In this document: piece after piece, positions 17,432-31,600 of the stretch
Layout of the letters: every line of letters starts with the position of its first letter
How positions within the stretch are numbered: position 1 is the first letter of the stretch
Origin: a virus
Lineage: Duplodnaviria > Caudoviricetes
Direction: 5' to 3' (one strand)
DNA length: 64,000 nt
IMG/VR virus record: IMGVR_UViG_3300021255_002539
Location: 1-64,000 of that record
Notes under the pieces: model-generated
Seen by the model: only the letters and a program-made list of their open reading frames with translations
Databases searched by the model: none
Told to the model about the DNA's origin: nothing
Program-made: the position numbers and the translations under genes

Positions 17432-19006
17432 TCACTTTCTCAACACTTGTGGCACTGGCGCAATCTCCCATGCCTTTGTCAGTTGAATTCGCTCGAACAT
17501 GTTGGGTGAGCTGTCCTTTGTGGTGCCATTGATGGAGATGGTGTGGGTGGTCTTGAAGCTAATCCAACTGCCAAAAAACTGATTATCGCCGAATTGGTTG
17601 GATTCTGTCTTCGCCTCTATCTCAGACTTGTTGTTCGAGTCCACTGGCTCGTCTGGCTTCAATTTGTCGGTGTCAAGCACTTGCTTCTCCTTCATTTCGT
17701 CCTTCCTGCGTATGAGGTAGAAGCACTGATATGGCTGATGGCAGACCTTGTTGCCCCTCGTCAGGATGAAGCTGTCCCTGTTGGCGATGCCCTGTATGCA
17801 GTCGTTGTAGAGGTGGCGTTGGTTGTTCCACTTCGCCTCGTCTATCAGATACCTCGTCTTGTCCTCGTGTAGGAAATCCTGTAGATCGGGCACCGATTCC
17901 TCCGAGGTTATGTCCGGGTTGGGGTAGAATGTGGCGTCCCTCTTTGGGCAGGCATTTGGGGACTTGAAGGTGTTCTGAATCTTCTCGTTCATTATGATTC
18001 TACGAACGAACTTCTCCTTCGTTATGTCCAAGTCCCAATAGTGGCGCGTGTAGTAGTCCTTGATGAACCTGGTGTAGGACATCTTGGACAGGGAGGTGAC
18101 CTAGGGTCTTTGTACCTTCGCCTCGCCAGCACCGGGCATATATGGGTTCACCTCGGTCTCTGTTATCTCGTAGAACCTGCTCAACTGGATGAAGTTGTGC
18201 TTCGTCCTCAACATGGTGGTCTCGTCGTTGAGCTTCGCCATCCTGTACTTCCTCTCCTTCTCGTCCCAGAGGATTATACGGGGGTGGTTGTCCACATCGA
18301 AGGAAGATGGTTCCATGTACATTCTGTTGAGCAGGTAGTTGATGGCAGTGAAGTAGTTGTCCTTCTGTGTGGTGGTGTAGTAGATGCAGATGTCTGTCTT
18401 GCAGGGATCCTCCAGAAAGGTCTGTGTCGCAACATTGTCCAGTCCAACGGCGTCAACGAGCAGCTTGGCTATTATGGTGGTTATTGGCTCTGGCTCCTTT
18501 TGGTTGTAGTTGGAGTACTGGCATACGGCAGAAAGCTTGTACCAGGACGCAGACACCAGTTCCAGGCGGTATGTCGTGACATCCGTATGCGTGTCGTGGG
18601 ATATTATCTCCATCTTGTTGACCAGGAAGGTGTGGTTGAAGTAGTCCTCCTTCTTGATTGGCTTCTCCACCCAATAGTCCGACGCTGGCTCCCCATCTTC
18701 CCGGACTGCTGACTTCTTCTCGGCCAGGTTCTCTGCCCACTCCACCTTGACGAGCAGATGTGGGATTCTAAACATCTTGCCCAAGTTGCGCTCTGTGTCC
18801 TTGTACACCAACTGCCCAGTGAGTATGAGAGCATTCCATTGGTTGGTGTACTCGAACAAGGATATGTTGGCGGGGTTCAAGATGATGTTCTTCATCTATA
18901 TGTTGGTGGTGTCGTAGACAGTCGCCTGGAAGCTCCATCCAGTTCCATCTATGACCCAATGCCCCTGAATCAACTCGGGATTCGGCGTTGTACTATAAGT
19001 AGCCAT
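17432..19006 (-). CDS. Putative baseplate hub-like structural protein, 524 aa with 2 TAG=Gln
   Basis: Joins 18101-18895 and 17432-18082 via TAG; ATG 19006 just after gp4 stop; ILTGQLVYKD reminiscent of gp27-type hubs (weak). Confidence 0.5.
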
Positions 19007-19013
19007 TATGCCA

Positions 19014-19511
19014 TTATACCTTTCTTATCAGTTCCTTTTCTGTTATCACCCTGAACAACTTGCCCTTCGCCTGGCAAATCTTCGCAGCCATCTTCCACTT
19101 CGCCAGGTTGGTGGCGTATGTCCTCACGCTCTCGTTGTACGCAATCGTGTTTCGGCCTCTCTTGGGTGGTTGTGTCTCTCCACTGGACTTGATCTCCACC
19201 CAGACCTCCTGTGTAGTTGGACCAGACCTCACCCACATCACGAAGTCCACTATGTAGTGCCTTTGCCTCTATTGTACTGGGTCGAAGTAGGGTATCGTGT
19301 TCATGGGGTTCTCGTAGTCCCACTTGAGGACATCTGGGTTGTTGTCCAGATACCTGATGAACATCGCCTCCAATTTCGACTTGAAGAGGATGTACTTGGA
19401 GTTGCGCAGGTTCTTCTCGGGGTGCGAGAGATAGTATTTGCCCCGAAGGGCTGTCTTGTACTTGCCCCTTGTCGCTTGCCCCTAGTAGAACCTTCTGTTG
19501 CGCATTGCCAT
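19014..19511 (-). CDS. Head completion nuclease (T4 gp4 / TnsA-like), 165 aa with 2 TAG=Gln
   Basis: GKY...HPEK...I.FKSKLE..F..YLD.NPDVLKW.YE...IPYFDPV..RQRHYIVDF...VEIKS..ETQPP...N.AKW.MA...C...G..FRVITEKEL. Confidence 0.85.
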
Positions 19512-19517
19512 GTTGTG

Positions 19518-22500
19518 TCAGACCCCCACCTTTGTGTTTTTCTTTAGAATCTCGTCTTGGAACTGGTTGTAGATGCCAACCATGAGCCTCTTCACGGCCT
19601 CCTCGTCCAGTCCAATGTTCTACTTGAACTCCCTCACCTTCTGGTCGTATGATTCTTGGGCAGAATCAACATCCTTTCTGAGCTTCTCCAGTGCAGTGAA
19701 GTCAGACAGGTGCTTGTTCTTCGCCTTCTTCGCCAAAGACCCCAGTTCCATTATCTTCTGCTCGTTCGCCACCTTGTCCAGGAGCATCTTGGTGCGAATT
19801 TGCCTGTCTATCCCCTTTGGCTTTGGCCCTTGCTTCATGCAGAAGTCCCTGATTCTGGCGTTTTCTTTCTTGAGTTCGCCTATCTTGTTCTCGATCTTCG
19901 CAACATTGTCGAGAATGCCTTGTATGGACTGCCGATGCTTCTGCATCCTGCCAATTGTGGAATCCAGAGAAGACTTCTATACCTCCAGTTCGGCAAGTCC
20001 CCTCTTCACGGCCTCTGAATTACGGTTCTGCTAAACGACATTCCTCAACGCAAGTCCCTCTATGTCCTGCTCGGACTTCACCAACCCCAAGTCACGCAGG
20101 TACTTCACTGTGCGCTCAACCAACTTGGCAGAGTCAATCTGCTCCATCCTGCGCGCCAGTTCCTCGGTCTCAAGTTCTTGCTGGGCGGAAACGACCTTGC
20201 CTATCTGCTTTACATGCGAATTGGACTTGTTCGATGATGCTGTCAAATGGGTTCTTGGTTGCTCAATCTGGATGTCCTGTTCGGTTTCCACTATATTGTG
20301 TATCCTATTGTCCTTTTGTTGTGTCTTCTTCACCTATGCGACCTTTGGTTGCTCCTGTATCACTGCGTCTGCAATGGCAATCAAGTGGATCTTCGCCTGC
20401 TTCGACACCTGTATGTCGTCTATGCTCCACACCTCGTCGTCGACCTTTCGACCTTCCTCCCCGTACTTGTCGTCCCAATGGAGGGTGTCCTTGTTCGCCA
20501 ATATGTCGCCCAGCTCCTGGATTCTGCGTTCTGTCCTGTCAATCTTCACCGCCAGCAATTGGGCGTACTGGTTCTTGCGCAAATTGTAGGATACCTTGTT
20601 GCATCTTCTTCTGAACGCCATGAACTCGTCTTCGGTCTTGAACACTAGTTGTCCTTGCGCGTCCTTGATGTCCTCGTAGGTCTTGTCCAGGGCGTTCGCT
20701 GCCCAGAAGTCGTGCAGAAGGATGACATCCTATATAGCGGCAACGGATATGTCCTTGAAGTTGAAGTCTGGCTTGAGGTTGTAGTTCTCGTCCCACACAT
20801 CGTTCCTGGTTCTCTCCATCCTCTCCTCGAAGTTGTGCACCAGCCGGCGCACCTTGATGGTGGCATCCTCGCACTTGACCAACATATCCTTCATGCTCTT
20901 CAGTTCCCAGCCAATGGAGAAGGTGTAGTTGCGCCAGCGTTCGCTTTGGTGTATGTACTTCCTCAATGTGTCCAGGTCCAGTGCAGTCAACGCTGGTGGA
21001 GCATATGGGTCTGGTTCAGTATCGCCATCGTCAGAATCCTATATGCCACTGTCTGAAGAATCTGCCATCAATTCTTCCAGTTGTACAACGCCATCCAACA
21101 AGGCCGATTCTGACGATTCTATCTGGTACTTCTGCTTCAACTATTGGGCCAGGTGGGTTATTTGCTCCCGAAGAACCTCAATGTTCTGGTCAGACAGCTC
21201 GTCCTCAATCTTGGCAGCATCGTCCTTTGGCACCTCGTACTTCTTGTGGGATTCGGCTATCATGAAGCGGATGCGCTCGTTGACCAGGTTCATCTCCCGG
21301 ACAATCTCAATCTTCCTGTCCCGAATCTTCGTCAACTTCTCCACAATCCCCTTGTCCAGTTCAAGGCGGACAGACGATATCTTCTGACCCAGGGCCAGCT
21401 TCTTGTCCAGTTCTGAATTCGTCAACGCCCAGTAGTCAGATTGCAGATGCTCCAGTTCAGCCACCTTCTCGTCCCGCATGGACTCAATCTGCGCCATGCT
21501 CATCGTCAATCCATCCCACTCGTTCTGCAAGTCGTAGAACCTCCCAACCAACTCCAATATCTCGCCATTCTTCGTGAACTCGTTCATCACCCTGGACAGA
21601 ACCATGGTCTGCTTCATGAAGCACTCGGACACCCTCACTTCCTTGTGGTGGACATCGCGCTTCAATTGCTGGAGGCAAAGCTACATGCCAGAAAGCCTGT
21701 TCTTGAACTGCAGGTAGTGGCGGACCTGCTTGAGGTCGTAGTTGGGTATCCTCTGCCTGAACACAGAATAGTGGGAGGAAGTCGTTGAATGTACCATCGG
21801 AATCTCGCCCTACTGCACTAGGCTGGCTTTTTCACCAACGTGCTCGTCACCCCTTTTGCAGAAGTCCCTCTCGCACACGCTCAATATCTCGTTCTTGGTG
21901 GAATTCCACTTGCGTATGCCAAAGTCCTTGTCGAACCTGCCATCCTTGTCCATCTTCACGACAACATAGGAATAGTGGTCGTCGAACTGCCTCTGCACCT
22001 TCACCAGGAACCATCCAGTGTGGTTCTTGTCCTTGCTTGGATCAACCAACGCGAATGTGGCTATGTTGGAGATGTTGAAGGACTCCATCAACGCCCGATA
22101 GTCCAGATACTGCTTGTCGTAGTATGCCCGAGTGAATATCTCCCTGAAGTTGGTGTGCGTATTGGGGACAAGCGATATCTCGGCAGAGAAGTCGTTGGCG
22201 TTCAGAACTGGGGAATAGACATCCTCGCCATCACCACCAAGCAAATTGGAGAAGAAGCTCAGCAAGGTAGACGACATCTTGATTCCCTGGTACATGTAGT
22301 CTATTGTGCGTCTGGTGTCCGATGTACCCGACTCGGTGTAGGTGATGTCACTGAAGTCAGGAGCGAGGTTCACGAGGTTGATTCTGTAATTTCTGTGCAT
22401 TAGCCAACGCTCGTACTCCATTGGCGACCACCACCTATGCTCATTCGCCAAGTAGATGTAGTCGTTGGATACAGAATCGTCGTCAACCAGCTTCACCAAG

Positions 22501-22715
22501 TCCAGGGCAACTGCATCCCTGAATGTCGGGTGGTTGAAGTCAATGCCATATTGGGCGAGATAATCCTTTGGCTCTTTTCCATTGTAGTTCATCCTCCAAG
22601 CCTTGTCCCCTGAGAACAAGTCCTGGAATTTACTAGTCAATTCACCAGGAAGGGTCTTGTTCAGATCCTCGTAGTGGCATATGTAGCCAATCTTGTCAGA
22701 AGCATCTTTCATCAT
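19518..22715 (-). CDS. Large coiled-coil late protein, 1065 aa with 9 TAG=Gln
   Basis: Six track fragments in one frame with only TAG between them; TGA at 19518; start overlaps the upstream gene's stop. Confidence 0.75.
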
Positions 22716-24127
22716 TCGTCCTTCAGTATGCTCTACAGTATCATGTCGTCAATCCTGGACAAAACGACAGACTCTTGTATTTGTTGCCCGTCGTCGTTCT
22801 CCTGCCCCATGTCAGTATTGCCATCCCCCTCTGGTTCCTTCAACTCTACATTCTGCCCCTTTTCATCGACAATCTTCCATTCACCATCGTTTTGATCAGC
22901 CATCTGGAAGCAAACCGAAATCACATTGTTGGATTGCCCACCTGAGAAGATCATCTGCTTCAACCTGCCCAATATGCCACGGTTGTCCAAGGCCTTCTTC
23001 GCCATCTCCTGACCAAAACCCTCGTCTGGCTTCAACTCCAGTTGGGTTGGAACATTGCCCGAGGGCGTCTACTTCAATTCCTTCTTCCTGGACCACCCCA
23101 GCAACATGGATATGTAGTCCTTCGCAACCTGGTTGGTCATCTTCCACTGGAGGGAATCCAATTTGCGCTTGTCTTGTGGAAGCATCTCGTCGGCAGTGTA
23201 CTTGTGCCCAGCCATGTCACCCTCCTTCCCTGTCTTGTGCGCCCGTGACATCGCGTCTGTCTTGATGGCGAATATCATCTTGTTGAGGAAGCCACTCTTG
23301 AACTTGCGCTTGAACCAAGTCTCGTTGAAGTCAGTGTGGATGTCTATGCGCATAGAAGTCTCTGGACACCAACTGTCACCTTGCAGGTTGCTATTACCAC
23401 CCAAGTGCTCCGAAGTCTTGCCCTGACCATTGAGATCAGACTTGTCCGTCTTTCCCGACCACACATCCCATGCAGAAGTCAACTGGTCAAAAAACTTCTT
23501 GTATTCTGAATTATTGTTGTATGCGGTCTTCCACTAATCCTTGCCCAATATACCCTTCAAGCTTTCCCAGTTGTTCTTCGCGTTTTTGTTTGGAACATCG
23601 TTTTCCTCAATACCCTCAAGCAAATCCCTCACTTTCTTATCAGCAACACTCCTCTGCTCAAATCCATACTTCTTCTTCCAATCCATGTCCTTGTCCTTGT
23701 CGGCCAGGAAATTCCAAAACTTGCCTCTGGCAGTCGAGAAGTCCTCCCACTTTTTGTTCCGAGCCTCCTTCTTCACATGCGTCAGATCAACAAAAGGTCT
23801 CACATTGCACTATATCAACCCACCAGATGTCGGAGTAGAACTTGTCTTGTCGTCAGCTTGACTCCTCAACTGGGAGGAAATTCCATATATCTCAGCACCG
23901 TACTTCTAAACCATCTGCGCCTCAACCCACTTGCGCTTCTCGTTCAATTCGTTCTGATTCCAAAAAAAGGTTCTGCCCAAGTTGGTCAACCCACCAATCG
24001 TCTTGAACACCTTAACCGCCTCAGGCTTCTTGTCGTCCTCCACGACAACTTCCTGGTCAATGCCCTCTGATATGATGTTCCTGAGAACCTCGTCTTCACT
24101 GCTTTCAAATGTAATCTTGTTGCTCAT
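22712..24127 (-). CDS. Late protein, 471 aa with 5 TAG=Gln, possible internal head protein
   Basis: Four fragments in frame; terminal TGA overlaps next ATG (ATGA); GGTAAATA at 24167-74; N-terminal ITFES. Confidence 0.75.
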
Positions 24128-24166
24128 GGTATATATAACCCGACCCTTCCTTGAATTTGACATTGG

Positions 24167-24177
24167 TATTTACCATT
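24167..24177 (-). promoter_or_regulatory. Late-type promoter AATGGTAAATA
   Basis: Recurring motif heading the 24127-to-17432 structural operon. Confidence 0.7.
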
Positions 24178-24258
24178 TATGGAGCAAAAGAAAGGTTCGA
24201 ACCGAAGTCCGAACCTAAATATCTTAAACGACTCGAATGTTTTTATTCGTCAATTGAC

Positions 24259-24510
24259 TTAATCGCAAAGATTCGCTTCCTCGATATAATACTTCCCACC
24301 AAGGTCAGATTCATAGAATCCCTGGTCGTTCAAGGCAAAATAAACTTCGTCTCCCCAATCAGGGTCGTCAAAGGAGTCAAACCCCTGCTCATTGTACGCT
24401 TCCTCAACACAATATGCAATCGCGTCCTCTCTGTCCAAGAAGGAAACAGTGGACAAATCTCCGGACTTGTTTATCAATACGGCCGTATAAATAGTTTTCA
24501 TGGTTTTCAT
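24259..24510 (-). CDS. Small acidic hypothetical protein
   Basis: ORF starting within 9-bp tandem repeats (CATGGTTTT). Confidence 0.6.
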   Translation of the reverse strand: MKTMKTIYTAVLINKSGDLSTVSFLDREDAIAYCVEEAYNEQGFDSFDDPDWGDEVYFALNDQGFYESDLGGKYYIEEANLCD

Positions 24511-24522
24511 GGTTTTAATGGT

Positions 24523-24786
24523 TTAATCGTTGTTGTTGTCTTTATTTACAATTTTCGAGAGCAATTCGATTATCTTCTGGTTCTGCTTCATCTTGAATTC
24601 CTGAACATCCAATATGCACATCACCATCGTCAGAAGGAACGCACCTGACACAGCGAACACCAAGGTGAACACCCAAGATGGCAGTCCGAACACCACCATG
24701 AGAAGCCCAATCGTCAGACTCCACAGGGAAATCTTGAAGTTCCTGGTTGCAGCACTGGTTGGAATTGGTACATCAACCTTCATCGT
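24523..24786 (-). CDS. Small membrane protein
   Basis: Two hydrophobic helices; start approximate. Confidence 0.55.
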   Translation of the reverse strand, partial: TMKVDVPIPTSAATRNFKISLWSLTIGLLMVVFGLPSWVFTLVFAVSGAFLLTMVMCILDVQEFKMKQNQKIIELLSKIVNKDNNND

Positions 24787-25351
24787 TGTCTTCCTCAGAA
24801 TCGGTCTCGGGTCCAACTTCCTCGCCAGACTGACCTTTCTTGTCGCATTCCTTGCAGATGTAGGTAATCCAACCCTGGGTCTCTACCTTGTTCTTCTCGT
24901 CAAGGGGAACTCCACACCGAGCACAAGTGTTGAAGGTCAAGTCCTCTGCCTCGTCAATGTACTTGTCAGCCAGCATTTCGAGGTAGTCAATTGCGATTCT
25001 GCGCCGATTCTCCTCGTCAGCAATCCGAGTATCCGAACACACATCGACAACCACACCATCCTTGTCAACATCCCTGATGGTGTAGTAGAAACGGAGTGTC
25101 CCGAACTTCTCCTTCACCTGGTCAGCGACAATGGCAATGCCATACTTGTCCTTGAACTCCATGTTGTGGAACTCAAGCACAGTGCAAAGCTGCTCTAGAA
25201 TATGATACCAGCCGAGTGGGGCTTCGATTCCCCAACACATACAAGTCTCCTGCATGGACTTGTTTCTGTTCTGAAACAGAATTGGGAATCGGGACATGAA
25301 ATCCTCGCCATATTTCGCGTCCTTTGGCACTCCATAGTATTTGTGGAACAT
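24773..25351 (-). CDS. Conserved phage protein (GW..I / QVKEKFGTLRFY / C-terminal CxxC..CxxC)
   Basis: Motifs as named; AAGGAG SD. Confidence 0.75.
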   Translation of the reverse strand: MFHKYYGVPKDAKYGEDFMSRFPILFQNRNKSMQETCMCWGIEAPLGWYHILEQLCTVLEFHNMEFKDKYGIAIVADQVKEKFGTLRFYYTIRDVDKDGVVVDVCSDTRIADEENRRRIAIDYLEMLADKYIDEAEDLTFNTCARCGVPLDEKNKVETQGWITYICKECDKKGQSGEEVGPETDSEEDNDEG

Positions 25352-25390
25352 ATTTGTATCTCCTTGGTTAAACTTCTCTTCTTCAACCAA

Positions 25391-25582
25391 TTATACACAA
25401 ACGATTGGGTTTTGTAAAGTGTGGTTTTGAACAACCTCAACCAACACAATTTCGATGTCCTCGTTGAAGATACCCTGTGTGATGAACACAGCGGATTCTG
25501 AGTTGATGGTGTTGACCACATGGGTTCTGGAAACTCCACCCATGACAAAACTGACCAGAAACTGATACACCTTGTTGTTCAT
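25391..25582 (-). CDS. Small hypothetical protein
   Basis: AAGGAGG SD, after promoter 25607. Confidence 0.6.
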   Translation of the reverse strand: MNNKVYQFLVSFVMGGVSRTHVVNTINSESAVFITQGIFNEDIEIVLVEVVQNHTLQNPIVCV

Positions 25583-25606
25583 GGCACACCTCCTTCTTAC
25601 GCCTAT

Positions 25607-25636
25607 ATTATAGCATATCAGGAGGTTGTCTGTCAA
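25607..25636 (-). promoter_or_regulatory. sigma70-type early promoter
   Basis: TTGACA-18-TGCTATAAT. Confidence 0.85.
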
Positions 25637-25657
25637 GAGGGTTGGATTTGCACAGAA

Positions 25658-28600
25658 TCAGTTGGATGGGCGCAGTTTGAACTTGTACTTGTTCCCACCC
25701 ATCTTCAGGTAGGAATCGCCAACATCTATGCTTCCCCTCCAATATTGCCCCTTGCTGTCCAGATCTGTTCCAAATCCCAATGTGTGGGTTGGAAGTTTGC
25801 CTGTGTTGGTTTCAGTCAAGTCCAATACCCAAATCTAATCTTCTGGCTTCTTGGCATAGAACTTCGTGAAGGTGCCGTCATTTACAACCTTTACCATGTA
25901 CTGGGTGTTGGTTTCTGGGGTTATCTGATCTCCATGCAAATCCCAATGCAAGTCCTCGAACTCCCACGAGAAGTGGTTGTCGCAAGTTCCTGCCTCCAGG
26001 CTTCTTTGCCAGGCAGATGCTGCGATGATTTCCTGTTCGCCACCCGAGATGTCGTTTCCTGTGGTCGCTTTCGCAACAATCTCGAATGGCGTGTTGAAGT
26101 TGATTTCCTTCACGGTTTCCAGGTAGTTGTCCTGGCTGAAGTTGCTCCACGAACCATCCATCGTCTGTCTGGGTTCTCCATGTGCGATGTAGTGGATGTA
26201 CATGTTCCAATGGGCGTAGTAGGTTGTGTTCTCTGTTACTGGCGTGTTGTAGAATGCCTGCTTCCCCTGTCCATCCTCCGTGCTGGTGAACCACCCAACC
26301 AGTTCCACCTCGTCTGCCAAATTGGTCTGGTCCTGCCTGGTTGCGATTGGCAAGTCCCCAAGCAACTGACCTTCCTTGTATATCCTGGTGATTACATCCT
26401 TGTCGGTTCCTGGGAACTACCCACCATTTACTGCGAACTTGACGACATATTCCCTGGTTGGTTCTGGTTCTGGCTCCTCTTCCTCGGTCTCGTCGACTGG
26501 AAGCTCCATTGCCCTGTTGATGAGGGTCTTGCCCTGGATGTGGATTGACTGGGAATCTGTTCCATAGCACTCGAACTCCAGCATCACCTTGTTGATGTCC
26601 TTGCTGGGCTAGTCGATCTGAACCACCTCGCCATTCCACCTGCTTTCAAGCGCGATGGAGTCGTACAGACCGTTGTTGGGGGTGTCTCTGTAGATTTGGG
26701 TGGGTATCGAGTTGCCACATATCTCCACCAATTCCACTGTCCCGACCGATATGTACTTCTTGTCGATGTACACCCTCAAACGTGTAGTGGACTCGTCCAG
26801 GTTGTTCGGCATCATCTCGCCTTGGAAGTTCAACCTGGTCCTGGTGTCGTCGTCCTGCACCAGACTCGTCCCATTCTCCCTCAATGTCCCAGCAATCCTG
26901 TTGAGGTACTTCGTCCTCGTGGTTGGCACGTTGATGTAGAGGTCGTAGGTGTTGTTGGTGTTGATTCTGTAGATGAATGGAATCGCGTACAAGTCCATCA
27001 AGGTGTTGCCATCTTGGTCGTAGATGAAGTCGTAGAACTCGCTTCCCTCTATGGATGGGTTGCGTTGGGACTTGATGAACACGGTCTGGTCGTCGTATAT
27101 CGTGGCTGGGTTGGAGACTGCGCATGTCACGATGCCTGGGTTGGAGTCGGACTGCGCCACCATTCCACCTGTCTGGAGGATGTCTGTGGATGCCAGTACG
27201 GACACAACCCTGTGATCCTCTATGTCGTCAGTGTCGTCAATCTTGCCACCAGGTATGACGCCAACATCTTGCGTCTCTGGGAACTCTGTTGGGATGAGGC
27301 TGAATGTCTCGAACCCCTCTGCGTACTGGTTCACCTTCCTCGCCAGTATGTCGAAGTAGGAGGACTGCTCCTTGTGATGCATCTCGTCCAAGTGCTTCTT
27401 CAGAACTGTGTCATGGAATGTGTCGTGTAGTCTGTCCTTGAACTCCACCAGACTGTCTATGGAGAGCTGTTGGTATGCGTTCTTGTAGCCAATTCTGTGG
27501 AAGCCAGCATTGGAGAGGACGAAGAAGCCAGAATTCTGCGTCTTCGTGATGAAGTCCTGCATTATCAACCCTGTGATCCTCAATTCGCCAATGCCATCTA
27601 GTTGCTTGTTGTCCTCATATATCTTCTGGATGTCAATCTCCCTCTCTGGGTATATGCTGGCGTCTGGAACCGACAACTCGCGGAGGACAATCCTGCCATC
27701 TTCATCTTTCTGCACCACATACAGAGAGTAGAGGGAGTCGGCAGTGGTGTACATCTGTGGATGCACAATGTTCCACGGAAGCCTCTGCACCACGCCATTC
27801 TCCTCAGATGGGCACTTGAACACAGTATACACCTCATCTTCCTTGGTGTCGTCCTTGAACAGACCATAGTAGTTCTTGTCCACCTCGTTCACATCGAGGA
27901 TGTCGTACATGTCCTTCGTCTTGGATATGTTGTGGAACCTCAACTATGCAGCGTCGAAGAGCGAATCACCGAACAGAATTGTGTTGTATTGCGAGAACGA
28001 CATGTTGCCACCCGGGGAACCCAACCACTTCTCCACATTGAACATGTATGGTTCTTCGCGCTTTCCGTAGATGGAGATTGTCCAATCGTTGGGTTCAGAA
28101 TAGTCCAGGAACACCTTGTCGTTGTCCAATGGAGTTGGGGAAATGGCGATTGAGTTGAATGTCCTTATGCACTGATTCTCGTTTCCCTTCACCAAAACAA
28201 CAATGTTGTCGAAGTTCACCTTGTCCTGGATGTCGTCGTATGCGTAGATGTCGTTGCTGTCGGTGAATAGGACGAACAACCTGTTGCTGTTCTGCTCGTA
28301 TGCCATGTCCTTGATGCCATAGTCCCCATTGCTTGGTCCTCTTATTCCACACCCGAGCAGTGGGACATACCATATGTCGTCTGCGCAATGGATGGCGAAT
28401 GCGTCTGTTATCCTCGATGAGGTGGACAGATCCCGATTGAGCATTCTGAATGTCCAACCATCCTTTTCCTGAATGGTGAATGTCCCAGTGGTGTTCAACT
28501 TGGGTTCATATTGGTATTCGCCCGTATTGCTGCCCAACTTGCTCTGAACCATGGCATCCATCGTACCCTTGTCTGATTGAAACGAATACCATTGGATTGC

Positions 28601-31600
28601 CGTTCCAGATTCAGAATTGCCGACAGTGAACATGTTGCACATCCCATCTGCCACGAACAACGAATTCAACCCACACTTCAATGTCGTGGGGATGTCGTTC
28701 ATGTACCTCACCTTGTCGGCATATGTGAAGTCGTATTTCCCAGAAGTGCTGTTCAACTGAGCGAATATCTCGTCTATCAGGTCAAAGTCCTTTGGTACTT
28801 CCGCGTACTGCCTTCTTGGGGTGTCAAGCATATTGTACAGGTCAAGCAAGGTTTTGTCCCTGAACAACACCACTGGGTTCTTGTCGTCCTTGTAGTCAGA
28901 ATAATCTTCCTCCTCCAACTTCTTCAATATGTTGTAGTAGCCCCTCTCCTGATATGTCTCCTCGTCTATATCCACAACCAACCTGCGGTAGTCGCCCGAG
29001 AACTCGTTATGAAGGTACTGGTTGAAGTTGAGGATGGAGTTTTTGTACAGATCACCGGCGCGGTTGTACCCAAACAGTCCAAATTCCCCATCCCAATCGT
29101 CCTTGTTGCTTGAATGGTTGTTGAATGTTGGAGTTGCGTCATAGAAGATTTCGCATATTTCCACAATAGCGTCCTTCATGCTTTTAATTTTCATCTCAGA
29201 TTCAATCTTTGCCAGGAAATCGTGCAATTTGAGAAGCACATCTTCGAAGTAATCTTTTTCCAATTTCTCGTTCTGACGCACCAGTTCAACCACCTTGTCT
29301 CTGGTCGAGGATGGTATTTCGTTGTCTATGTATTGCCCATTGTAAATCAACTCCTGCCACTTGTGGTTGGTTTCGATTGCCCGAACGGACTTCTGGATGG
29401 ATGTGGCGTCTGGCCAGGTCTTCGCCCTGCTCCAATTGTCTGGCTTGCATATCTCGGCCAGAATATCGGTTTGGACTTCGTAGTGCCTGTTCAAGATGTC
29501 GCCATACACGGTGGCACCAACTTCTGGATCAACAACCCTGAGTTTTACGGGTGCCTTTACTGCTAGTCCATTGAACACAACCGAGCCAGAAGCAACCCTT
29601 ATTGGGATATATACTGCCTCACTCAACTGGTGGTTGTCGAAAACGCAACTCATGTTGGTTCCAATGTCTGTTGGAATTCTGGCGACGGCATAGTTCAACG
29701 CTGGCGTCGAGACGTTGTTGTTCAAGTCGCCCAACCCAACAACAAAGTCGACTGAATTGTTGTTCGTCTTGTCGACCAAATAGTTCCCGTTGATGTACGA
29801 ATACCCATTCAAGTCTCCCAATATCAACTTCCTTTGGAGTACCTTGGCCTTTACGGTGAATTTGAAGACAGTGTATTTCGAACCTTCCTCCTCCCCATCA
29901 AACACATCATAGTCGACTTGTATGTTGCTCTCCCTTTGTGGTTCGTACACTTGGACATTCGATGCGTACAAGCCCCGTCTTCCATCAGGAATGTCCTCCA
30001 ATTGGTAGCATGACCTTGTATCTGTCGTATTGGCCGTCACAGTAACCTGACCATTTGTTCTGTTCACCATGAACTTGATGTGGAACTTCCCGACTGTTCC
30101 AAACCAATCCTCGTTCGTCGACTCCTCGTATCCAGAGAAATAGACATCCACCTCGCGGCTGTCCCCGAAATCTGCGCTTCCAACATCCCCATCGACTTGA
30201 ACATTGAATTCTGAACCCTCCATCAGATTGTATCCCATGTCGATGGTAGTGTCCTCGGTTTCATGCTCGTTCAGAACCAGGAAATCCATATAGGCTTCGT
30301 TTTCGGTAGCATACTCGAACCACCCATCTCCCTGACTGTTCACCGTCTCTTGGTAGTTTGACAGTCCATATGTTCCGTTTGGATTGTCCTCTGTTGGTTG
30401 CCACCTGGGGATGGAAACCGTCGAAACTGATGGTTTCGTTATCTTCCCGGACTTCACCTTCAGAAACACCTGGTTTCTTCCATCGGTGGTGATGTTGTTG
30501 AGCGTACCAAACTCGAAGTTGTTCTGCAGATAGTCCCGTTCAACCACCACATTGGAATATGTGGCGAAGTGTCCACCCATCGTTTTTGGTTGCGTTCCAG
30601 AGAACCGATGTGGCTTCAAGACATAGTATTTCCTGTCGGCCTCGCCTATTGTACTGACGAGGAAGTTCTGAGCCTCAATCTCCTGGTCAAATGCGGAGTT
30701 CTTTGGATCAGGCGTGTACTTGACTTCAGAAGAAGAAGACGACCCCTTGTCCAGGTAAAGCACATTGGAAATGGACGAGCCATCGTTGTTTCCAGTGTAT
30801 TCTATGACATACTTGTTGTTCTGGTCGAACACAGAATGATCCAATATGTTGATGGTTTCTGTCCCATACCTCTTCTTCAAATATGGTTTTTTCGTGGACG
30901 AGCCATATTGTACATCATATACATTTCCATCCAAGAGGACATTGCCATAGTCCTTGAACATCAACTTGCTGCCAGATGGGAGTGGTTTCGACGGCTCCAT
31001 CTGGTCAAGTGGCCATATACCCCCATTCTCCTGCGTGTTGACCTTGATCACATAGTCTACGACTTCGCTTGGAGGTCGTGGTAGGCCGTTGTTGATGCCC
31101 TTGAACATGTTGTCGACAACCTCAGAACCAAGCAACTCACCAAGCTTGTCCAAGACAATCTCGGTCTTCAATTTCGCCAGGGGTTCCCCATCTTGACCAA
31201 TGGATATGTCGTAGTCTATGGTATATGTGGAGTACTTGGTTTCTGGAAGGGAGACGACCTTCACCTTCCCATTGTAGGCATACACAATCTTGTTGTATTC
31301 AACATTGTATGTACCCTTGACAACAGTATATGTCACATCATACGCCAATTCGACATTGGAATCGGATGTGAAATGTGGTATTGCCTTGACCTCGCACCTC
31401 ACATCTCTGACCACAGCGTTCGCCAGTAGGTACTTCTGCTCGTAGTCGGATGTCGGTGTACCATCGTACAGGGATTCAATCAAGTCCTTGTTTTGGTTGA
31501 GGTAGATGTCGAACAGGACTTCGTAGGTGAATTCGTCCCTGTTGGAAACCCTGTTGACCTGTATCGACGGTCCATCGACCAAGGAAATTGAATTGGCATC

